A DNA stretch of 33,477 nucleotides from a virus (Duplodnaviria; Heunggongvirae; Uroviricota; Caudoviricetes), in IMG/VR virus record IMGVR_UViG_3300029193_000102, positions 1 through 33,477 of that record. One strand, given 5' to 3'. The translations under genes were made by a program, and so were the position numbers. A model generated the notes under the pieces. The model saw only the letters and a program-made list of their open reading frames with translations. It ran no database searches and was not told where the DNA came from. Numbering within the stretch: the stretch's first letter is position 1; the number at the start of each line of letters is the position of its first letter. Positions 16,152 through 23,013 of this stretch are shown here, piece by piece.

Positions 16152-16274
16152 ATGCCTGAAAAACGGCACAGAACATTAAACGCGCTGGTGGTTGCGAATA
16201 CCGGTCTTTCAGCTTGCTGGCTTTTCCGACAAGAGTTATTGGTATGTTACGTTAACCAGAAAAGGGAAAAAGAC

Positions 16275-16472
16275 ATGCTAAAACAGCAGGATATGACCGA
16301 AACCGCCAGAGTGGTGTTTAATGAGTTAAGCGTCACCGAACCGGCGACAGTCGGGGAGATTGCACAGAATACTTACCTTTCACGCGAACGCTGCCAGTTA
16401 ATACTGACCCAGCTTGTTATGGCGGGTCTGGCAGACTATCAGTTTGGTTGTTACAGACACCTTCAGTCCTGA
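16275..16472 (+). CDS. Small winged-helix-like protein (65 aa)
   Basis: ATG 16275 with AAAGGGAAAAAG upstream; TVGEIAQNTYLSRERCQLILTQLVMAGLADY; stop codon sits inside a terminator hairpin. Confidence 0.4.
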   Translation: MLKQQDMTETARVVFNELSVTEPATVGEIAQNTYLSRERCQLILTQLVMAGLADYQFGCYRHLQS

Positions 16473-16486
16473 AGGCTTTTTTATTT
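16460..16486 (+). terminator. Rho-independent terminator
   Basis: CCTTCAG-TC-CTGAAGG followed by CTTTTTTATTT. Confidence 0.5.
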
Positions 16487-16804
16487 GTGGTAAATTGGCG
16501 GCTGGTGGGTGTGGTGGTTGTTGCTTTCCCGTTGCTGAAAAAGAAAACGCCAGACTGTTAGCCGGGTATCAGTTATCTGGAGAAATTTTTAAATACCTCA
16601 CAATTCAGGCGGTTGACTGTTGTCTGGTTTGCGGGGAGTTTGTTAAAAGAAACTGGCATGGTGAATCCCCCTGTGCGGAGGGGCAATCAGCAACTGGTGT
16701 TTTGTCACCGACCCTTATCCTTTCTGTGCGGGTTCAGGTGCTGATACTGAACTCACCGGGAGGCACCCGGCATCATGTGCATGATGATACAGATACGCGG
16801 CTTT

Positions 16805-16830
16805 AGCCCCTCTCCGGAGGGGCTTTCTTG
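16805..16830 (+). terminator. Rho-independent terminator (plus strand)
   Basis: AGCCCCTC-TCCG-GAGGGGCT followed by TTCTTG. Confidence 0.45.
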
Positions 16831-16835
16831 TGGGC

Positions 16836-16861
16836 AAAAAAAAGCCCGAGTGGGTTCGGGC
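16836..16861 (-). terminator. Rho-independent terminator (minus strand), convergent with the previous one
   Basis: A8 run then GCCCGA-GTGGGT-TCGGGC on the plus strand, i.e. hairpin plus U-tract on the minus strand. Confidence 0.4.
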
Positions 16862-17043
16862 AACAGCATGAGATATACATTTTTATAATCGAATGGATTT
16901 TAACCAGAATTCATAAGGCTGCGCAACTGCGCGGTCTTTTTCGAATTGCGGGCTGTCGTCTCTCTTCTGCCATTGTCCTGTAACTTCCGGACTTCAGCCT
17001 GCTCCTTATCTGACTCACAATATTATCCCGGCCGGGAGGATTC

Positions 17044-19014
17044 ATGGCATTTAAACACTACGATGTGGTCAGGGCGGCATCGCCGTCAGACCTTGCGGAT
17101 GCGCTTGCTCAAAAAATTCGTGAAGGATGGCAACCATACGGCGGGCCGTTTTCTTCGTACACGGATGATGGCGCAGCACTTATTCAGGCGATTGTCGCAG
17201 AAGGTAATGTCACCACACCTGTGGTGGTGAAGCCGTCGGATGGAGAAGGCGCAGTTATCAGCACCACCAGCAACCCGGAGTATTACTTTGTTGTTGCCCT
17301 GGCCGGGCAGTCAAACGGTATGGCGTATGGTGAAGGGCTTCCGCTGCCGGAGACATATGACCGTCCGGACCCGCGTATTAAACAGCTGGCGCGTCGCAGC
17401 ACTGTCACGCCGGGTGGTGCGTCCTGTAACTACAATGACATTATTCCTGCGGACCACTGCCTGCATGATGTTCAGGATTTGAGTAAGTTTTCACACCCGA
17501 AAGCCAGCGCAGCTCAGTATGGATGCGTGGGGCAGGGATTACATATCGCGAAGAAATTGTTGCCGTTTATTCCGGCGAATGCCGGTATTCTTCTGGTTCC
17601 GTGCTGCCGTGGGGGTTCTGCATTTTTGGCGGGCGATGAAGGTACCTTCAGCGAATCCACCGGCGCAAGCGAGACCTCGGCACGCTGGGGTGTAGATAAG
17701 CCACTGTACAAGGACCTGCTTACCCGTACTCAGGCCGCACTGAAGGCCAACCCTAAAAATATTCTGCTTGCAGTGGTCTGGATGCAGGGCGAGTTTGATT
17801 TGAAACAGGGTGCATACGCCACTCAGCCGGGGCTGTTTGATTCCATGGTGGAAAAATATCGTTCTGACCTGTCGGAATTCGGAGGTCAGTGTCTCGGGGG
17901 CTCTCCGTCATCAGTTCCCTGGATTTGTGGCGACACGACCTACTACTGGAAGCAGACTTATTCTTCGCAATACGATGCGGTGTATGGTGCATACAAGACG
18001 AAATCCGCAAAAAAAATCTTCTTTGTGCCGTTTATGACGGATGAAAACGGGCGAAATGTGGGTACCAACGAGCCGTCAGAAGATCCGGATGTTGCGGATA
18101 TTGGGTATTACGGAGCCGGTGGTCGAACGGACGCCAAAACCTGGACGACGGCTGACCGTAAAACGCATTTTGGATCATGGGCACGTCGTGGGATTATTTC
18201 CGACCGTCTGGCAACGGCGATTCTTGTGCATGCCGGGAGAACCGCTGAATTCATTACCGGAAAACAGCCTGATACGGTGAAGCCCACCGGACCTTCCGGT
18301 GAAGGTACGGAGAGAGAGCCGGAAGGTCCGGTCAGTAACCGAACCCTGATGAGTCTGCTGGCGTCCGGCGAAGACCTGGCATCACAGGGCTGGCGCTATT
18401 ATCACAAACCGGCGAGCGGAGACAATGTTAACAAAAACATTGCTGAAGCGGTGGTCAGTGATGCGGGGGCTACGGGAGGTAAGGCCCTGCAACTGAATAA
18501 ACCGGAAAACCACATCTGGTTTCTGGAGCATGATGCAGCCGGGCAGGGGGCAGAGTTGCTGAAGAAAGGAGGACGTGTGAGCGTACGGTTTAAGTTGCCG
18601 GGTTCACTGGTGCCGAATCAGTTTGCCCTGGGCATTTACTGGCAGTTGTCGTCCCTGCCGGAGGGAGTGACGCTGGCAGAGGAAGGCAACGACATGCTGA
18701 TGTCCTTCTTCCTGCAGACGGATGCGACGAACCTGAACGCGATGCACCACAAGAAGCCGAATGCGAAGCTGGAAACGTTCGGGGTCTTTGATAACGGATG
18801 GCACACACTGGCTTTTGAGTTTGCCGGAAACAACAGCATTCAGGTGACGCCGGTACTGGATGAGAAACGGGGGACGCCGTTCACACTGGTGAAATCTCCG
18901 GCATCAGGGGCGGTGGACAAACTGCAACTGACAGGCATATCAAAGGCGGCGACATATACGCTGCTGATTGACAGTGTGAAGGTGGAAGTGAACAACGCGG
19001 ACATCGCGGCATGA
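17044..19014 (+). CDS. nanS: Prophage sialate O-acetylesterase (NanS-p type; DUF1737 N-terminus plus SGNH/SASA esterase domain)
   Basis: 656 aa; GGAGG SD; N-terminus MAFKHYDVVRAASPSDLADALAQKIREGWQPYGG; esterase motif ALAGQSNG; position between Q and lysis genes as in Stx phages. Confidence 0.8.
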   Translation: MAFKHYDVVRAASPSDLADALAQKIREGWQPYGGPFSSYTDDGAALIQAIVAEGNVTTPVVVKPSDGEGAVISTTSNPEYYFVVALAGQSNGMAYGEGLPLPETYDRPDPRIKQLARRSTVTPGGASCNYNDIIPADHCLHDVQDLSKFSHPKASAAQYGCVGQGLHIAKKLLPFIPANAGILLVPCCRGGSAFLAGDEGTFSESTGASETSARWGVDKPLYKDLLTRTQAALKANPKNILLAVVWMQGEFDLKQGAYATQPGLFDSMVEKYRSDLSEFGGQCLGGSPSSVPWICGDTTYYWKQTYSSQYDAVYGAYKTKSAKKIFFVPFMTDENGRNVGTNEPSEDPDVADIGYYGAGGRTDAKTWTTADRKTHFGSWARRGIISDRLATAILVHAGRTAEFITGKQPDTVKPTGPSGEGTEREPEGPVSNRTLMSLLASGEDLASQGWRYYHKPASGDNVNKNIAEAVVSDAGATGGKALQLNKPENHIWFLEHDAAGQGAELLKKGGRVSVRFKLPGSLVPNQFALGIYWQLSSLPEGVTLAEEGNDMLMSFFLQTDATNLNAMHHKKPNAKLETFGVFDNGWHTLAFEFAGNNSIQVTPVLDEKRGTPFTLVKSPASGAVDKLQLTGISKAATYTLLIDSVKVEVNNADIAA

Positions 19015-19165
19015 TAAAAAAAGGCCGCCAGCAATGAAGGAAAGGGATGAACTGTGTCCACTACATGAATGCTGGCGGCTGGTAAAACGACCACGATGAC
19101 ACCGAAGTTTGCGATATTTTTCTACAAAAATAAGTAAATCATGTCAACTATCACGGTGAGAAACC

Positions 19166-19348
19166 ATGACATTTCTGAACCAGTTAATGCTGTACTTCTG
19201 TACGGCAGTCTGTGTTATGTATCTTCTTTCGGGTGGGTACAGGGCAGTGCGCGATTTCTGGCGCAGGCAGATTGATAAAAGGGCCGCTGAGAGAATCAGC
19301 GCCAGTCAGTCAGCCGGAAGCAAACCCGAAGATCCGCTCATTCCGTAG
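19166..19348 (+). CDS. Small membrane protein, 60 aa
   Basis: ORF track; one hydrophobic helix LMLYFCTAVCVMYLLSG. Confidence 0.4.
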   Translation: MTFLNQLMLYFCTAVCVMYLLSGGYRAVRDFWRRQIDKRAAERISASQSAGSKPEDPLIP

Positions 19349-19385
19349 TCACTTTCTTGACAACACCTTTCAACGAGAAAATCCC

Positions 19386-19631
19386 ATGTCAGAAATCACA
19401 TCCCTGGTCACTGCTGAGGCAGTGAAGGAAGTCCTGCGCTCTGAAGAAGTCCGGAGTGCACTGAAACAGAAACTCCGCCAGAACCTTGAGGCGCGTCTTG
19501 ATGCAGAAGTGGATGCCATTCTGGATGAGCTGCTGGGCGTACCAGCGGTTCCGGAGCCGGAAGGTATCGCGGGTGACGGGAGTGCTTCAGATGGCGGTGA
19601 ACCCACACCTGACAGCGACATGATGATGTAA
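19386..19631 (+). CDS. Hypothetical acidic protein, 81 aa
   Basis: ATG 19386 with GAGAAAA upstream; ORF track's longer version (19212) lacks an RBS. Confidence 0.45.
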   Translation: MSEITSLVTAEAVKEVLRSEEVRSALKQKLRQNLEARLDAEVDAILDELLGVPAVPEPEGIAGDGSASDGGEPTPDSDMMM

Positions 19632-19707
19632 GCCTGCGCAAGGGACCATCGGTGTGTGCCGGTGGTCTTTATATTGTTGTGAGCTTCCGGATAACGGGAG
19701 ACGGGGT

Positions 19708-19923
19708 ATGTACCAGATGGAAAAAATCACAACAGGTGTGTCATACACCACGTCAGCGGTGGGAACGGGCTACTGGTTCCTGCAGTTGCTGGACAGGGTT
19801 TCCCCGTCTCAGTGGGCGGCAATAGGCGTGCTGGGGAGTCTGCTGTTTGGGCTGCTGACGTACCTGACTAACCTGTATTTCAAAATCAGAGAGGACCGGC
19901 GTAAGGCGGCGCGGGGAGAGTAA
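19708..19923 (+). CDS. Holin with dual-start motif (MYQM)
   Basis: 71 aa; two Met codons at 19708 and 19717; TM segments; resembles recalled DLP12 EssD-type holins (..[40 protein letters not shown]). Confidence 0.8.
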   Translation: MYQMEKITTGVSYTTSAVGTGYWFLQLLDRVSPSQWAAIGVLGSLLFGLLTYLTNLYFKIREDRRKAARGE

Positions 19924-19927
19924 AGCG

Positions 19928-20278
19928 ATGAAGAAAAAATACGAACTGGTTGTTAAAGGGATAAATAATTACCCGGATAAGATTACTGTTACTGTGGTAC
20001 TGGAAATTGGTGGGTATCCGTCACTGTTGTTGCCAGATGTGGCGATTAGTCTTGACCGTACTGAAGGTGCCACGCTGGAGTTTTACGAAGCTGAGGCGAA
20101 AAAGCAGGCGAAGCAGTTTTTCATGGATGTTGCTGCCGGGTTATGTGAAGGGAACGAACCGTTGCCGGAAAAGCGCCCCGTAATTTTAGAGGCGCAGAAT
20201 GTGTTGATAACCTACAAAGGAAAGCTACCGGGAAGAATTACTTGTTCTCTGAAGACTCCACCGGAATCACAACCTTAA
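19928..20278 (+). CDS. Hypothetical 116-aa protein inserted between holin and endolysin
   Basis: GGAGAG SD; no signal peptide or TM segment. Confidence 0.5.
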   Translation: MKKKYELVVKGINNYPDKITVTVVLEIGGYPSLLLPDVAISLDRTEGATLEFYEAEAKKQAKQFFMDVAAGLCEGNEPLPEKRPVILEAQNVLITYKGKLPGRITCSLKTPPESQP

Positions 20279-20341
20279 TTCACTGACCGGAACAGATAAA
20301 CCTGTCCGTGGGCAGAAACCGATAAATCCTGATAAATATCC

Positions 20342-20875
20342 ATGAACACCAAAATCAAATACGGCCTGTCGGCTGCCGTTCTGGCGCTGATTGCCGCTGG
20401 TGCGCCTGCGCCTGACATTCTCGACCAGTTTCTGGATGAAAAGGAAGGTAACCACACCACGGCATACCGTGATGGTGCGGGGATCTGGACCATCTGCCGT
20501 GGAGCCACCCGGGTGGATGGTAAGCCTGTTATTCCTGGCATGAAGCTGTCGAAGGAAAAATGCGACCGGGTTAACGCCATTGAGCGTGATAAGGCGCTGG
20601 CATGGGTGGAGAAAAACATCAGAGTGCCACTGACCGAACCCCAGAAAGCGGGGATCGCGTCATTCTGTCCGTACAACATTGGTCCCGGTAAGTGTTTCCC
20701 GTCGACGTTTTACAGACGAATTAATGCAGGTGATCGAAAAGGTGCCTGCGAAGCGATTCGCTGGTGGATTAAGGACGGTGGCAGAGACTGCCGTATTCGC
20801 TCAAATAACTGTTACGGTCAGGTATCCCGTCGTGACCAGGAGAGCGCGCTGGCGTGCTGGGGTATCGACAGATAA
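20342..20875 (+). CDS. Endolysin, lysozyme-type with N-terminal SAR (signal-anchor-release) domain
   Basis: 177 aa; N-terminal YGLSAAVLALIAAGA; catalytic E..D..T region EGNHTTAYRDGAGIWTICRGAT. Confidence 0.85.
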   Translation: MNTKIKYGLSAAVLALIAAGAPAPDILDQFLDEKEGNHTTAYRDGAGIWTICRGATRVDGKPVIPGMKLSKEKCDRVNAIERDKALAWVEKNIRVPLTEPQKAGIASFCPYNIGPGKCFPSTFYRRINAGDRKGACEAIRWWIKDGGRDCRIRSNNCYGQVSRRDQESALACWGIDR

Positions 20876-20967
20876 GCAGAATATTTTGCTGAAAAATAAG
20901 GCATGGCCACGCGGGCGGATAACACGAAATCCTGCGAACTGGCGAAACGTAAGTGAATAAAAGTAAA

Positions 20968-21005
20968 AACCCCGTTTGTTGGCACCAAGCGGGGTTTTGT
21001 GTTTC
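20968..21005 (+). terminator. Terminator-like hairpin plus T-tract after the endolysin gene
   Basis: AACCCCG...CGGGGTT stem followed by TTTTGTGTTTC. Confidence 0.4.
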
Positions 21006-21031
21006 TGACCTTGAGTAAGGCAAGGGAGAAC

Positions 21032-21214
21032 ATGGCGAAGTATAAACGAATTCTGTTGAGGTTGACTATGAAAAACGGCCTTGAACTGAAAGCGCCTGTA
21101 ACTGATGACATCAGCAGAGCACTGGCTTTTGCCATTAAGTGGGTGGCGGTCGGTGTTGCTGTGTCCCCGATGCTGTATGGGCTGGCAAAACTGGTCATTG
21201 CGTTGAAATCATGA
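21032..21214 (+). CDS. Hypothetical 60-aa protein with C-terminal hydrophobic helix
   Basis: ATG 21032 with AGGGAGAA upstream. Confidence 0.4.
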   Translation: MAKYKRILLRLTMKNGLELKAPVTDDISRALAFAIKWVAVGVAVSPMLYGLAKLVIALKS

Positions 21215-21228
21215 AGGGAGGATTAAGC

Positions 21229-21360
21229 ATGCCAGACAAACTCATAACGCTGGCGAAGATCCTCTGTGTAATTGTCGGCATTTCATTTTCACTAATGCTG
21301 GTTGCTCTTTTTCTTTCCATGGCCTGGATGATGTTGTCTTCGTCGGGGCTGCTGGGGTGA
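21229..21360 (+). CDS. Hypothetical 43-aa membrane peptide
   Basis: ATG 21229 with AAGGGAGGA 7 nt upstream; highly hydrophobic. Confidence 0.3.
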   Translation: MPDKLITLAKILCVIVGISFSLMLVALFLSMAWMMLSSSGLLG

Positions 21361-21830
21361 ACATAAACCGAATGCTTTCCGCGTTTATCGTTATTCTGCT
21401 GGTGGCCTGTGGTGCGCTGTGGATGGCAACAGACCATTACCGTGATAACGCGATTACCTACAAAGCGCAGCGCGATAACAAAGCCAGAGAACTGAAGCTG
21501 GCGAACGCAACCATTACTGATATGCAGGTGCGCCAGCGCGATGTTGCTGCGCTCGATGCAAAATACTCGAGGGAATTAGCCGATGCGAGAGCTGAAAATG
21601 AAACTCTTCGCGCTGATGTTGCCGCTGGTCGTAAGCGCCTGCGGATCAACGCCACCTGCCCCGGTACCGTGCGTGAAGCCACCGGCACCTCCGGCGTGGA
21701 TAATGCAACCGGCCCCCGACTGGCAGACACCGCTGAACGGGATTATTTCATCCTCAGAGAACGGTTGATGACAATGCAGAAGCAGGTGGAAGGGGCGCAG
21801 GAATATATCCGCACTCAGTGTATTAACTAG
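21357..21830 (+). CDS. Rz: Rz i-spanin
   Basis: Strong similarity to recalled lambda Rz ([25 protein letters not shown]...DVAALDAKY...[27 protein letters not shown]); alternative start ATG 21372. Confidence 0.8.
   Translation: MNINRMLSAFIVILLVACGALWMATDHYRDNAITYKAQRDNKARELKLANATITDMQVRQRDVAALDAKYSRELADARAENETLRADVAAGRKRLRINATCPGTVREATGTSGVDNATGPRLADTAERDYFILRERLMTMQKQVEGAQEYIRTQCIN
21583..21768 (+). CDS. Rz1: Rz1 o-spanin lipoprotein, embedded in Rz in the +1 frame
   Basis: MLPLVVSAC lipobox; Pro-rich [27 protein letters not shown] matches recalled lambda Rz1. Confidence 0.75.
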   Translation: MRELKMKLFALMLPLVVSACGSTPPAPVPCVKPPAPPAWIMQPAPDWQTPLNGIISSSENG

Positions 21831-21853
21831 TATTTTTGTTATCCGGAGAATGC

Positions 21854-22078
21854 ATGAAGAAATTACTGGTAACCGTAAAGCCTCTTCAGGGAACAATTCT
21901 GTTCCGTATTTTGCAGCGTGGTCGTGTTCTTGTTGAAGGTTCGTTCAGTGGTAAATGTATGCAATTACACTCCCGGACCTTTCAGGTGAATGCCACGAAT
22001 GAAGAGCTAACCGTTGAGTGTACGATGAATACCGCTAAATGCCGCATGGTATCCGCTGCATTACAGCGAGTGTGTTGA
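21854..22078 (+). CDS. Hypothetical 74-aa protein
   Basis: ATG 21854 with GGAGAA upstream. Confidence 0.35.
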   Translation: MKKLLVTVKPLQGTILFRILQRGRVLVEGSFSGKCMQLHSRTFQVNATNEELTVECTMNTAKCRMVSAALQRVC

Positions 22079-22329
22079 GCGACCTTATTATCCATGCGCG
22101 GTATTGTCGCCGTATCCCCGCATTAACAGAGACCGCAGCCCGACCGGGATACTCCTCTGCGCGAGTGTGCGGGGATAATCAAAAACGATACACACCGGGG
22201 TTTACCGCGTTAACGGAGCGCGGCGTTGTCCCCTCATAGTCGCCTGTCCGGTGCGATGGTGGAAGAAACCGGACTACATTGAAAATGATAACCATTATCA
22301 TTTTTGCGGGTCCTCCTGGTGGGGTGGGC

Positions 22330-22365
22330 CTGAACACGGGGCGGGCGGCGCGGAAAAAGGCGCAT
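22330..22365. other. Putative cos site (cosN-like) of a lambda-type packaging system
   Basis: ACGGGGCGGGCGGCGCGG resembles the recalled lambda cohesive-end region (ACGGGGCGGCGACCTCGCGGG); ~185 bp upstream of the small terminase gene; downstream cgtcatcatcat and tgtttttaat resemble lambda cosB-region sequence. Confidence 0.4.
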
Positions 22366-22536
22366 TTTTGTGATTTTATCGTCATCATCATAATAATGGT
22401 AACTTATTGTTTTTAATGTGTTTAGCATTAAAAAGATGATGATTGCGGTTGATTTTTGTTCGACATCTTTATATGGCGGCATTTCTTTACAAAAAAAGAG
22501 CCACTTTTGTTCAGCGGTTTATGTGGAGGGATGTAA

Positions 22537-23013
22537 ATGGACGGCGAGCTGAAAAATATGAAGTTAAATATTAATCAACTGGCAGCCCTTTCAGGTCTGC
22601 ACCGGCAGACTGTTGCCGCCAGAATGGCGGATGTTCCTCTTGCACCAGGCAGTAATGAAAAGAAAAAACTGTATCTCCTGACGGATTTGATTATTTCGTT
22701 GCTGGAAAAACCACCGACTTCCGAAGATGAAGAGATGAACCCACATGATCGGAAGGCATGGTATCAGTCCGAGCGCGAGCGTCTTAAATTTCAGCATGAA
22801 ACTGTTCAGCTTGTGCCTGTCAGTGATGTCAGGCGGTCCTTTTCTGTCGTGGTGAAAGCGATAGTTCAGGTACTGGAAACCTGGCCTGACCGGCTGGAAA
22901 GGGACAGAGGTTGGACCGCATCACAACTGAATGAAGTACAGATTGTGGTTGATGAGATCCGCGACACACTGGAAAAGGCAGTCATTGACTGTTGTGATGA
23001 GGCCGATATGTGA
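22537..23013 (+). CDS. Terminase small subunit
   Basis: 158 aa; GGAGGGA SD; N-terminal HTH NINQLAALSGLHRQTVAARM; immediately upstream of the large terminase gene. Confidence 0.7.
   Translation: MDGELKNMKLNINQLAALSGLHRQTVAARMADVPLAPGSNEKKKLYLLTDLIISLLEKPPTSEDEEMNPHDRKAWYQSERERLKFQHETVQLVPVSDVRRSFSVVVKAIVQVLETWPDRLERDRGWTASQLNEVQIVVDEIRDTLEKAVIDCCDEADM

Noticed and set aside
16414-16806. 130-aa plus-strand ORF crossing the stx-equivalent locus
   Set aside because: No RBS, runs through a terminator hairpin, Cys/Gly-rich junk-like translation.
16490-17040. Possible tRNA genes between Q and nanS-p
   Set aside because: Looked for T-loop-like GGTTCGAATCC motifs and cloverleaf-compatible acceptor ends; only weak partial matches (for example GGGTTCAGGT) with no acceptor pairing.
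16152-19165. Shiga toxin genes at the Q-to-lysis locus
   Set aside because: No ORFs with StxA/StxB-like size or signal peptides; the locus is occupied by a small winged-helix ORF and nanS-p.
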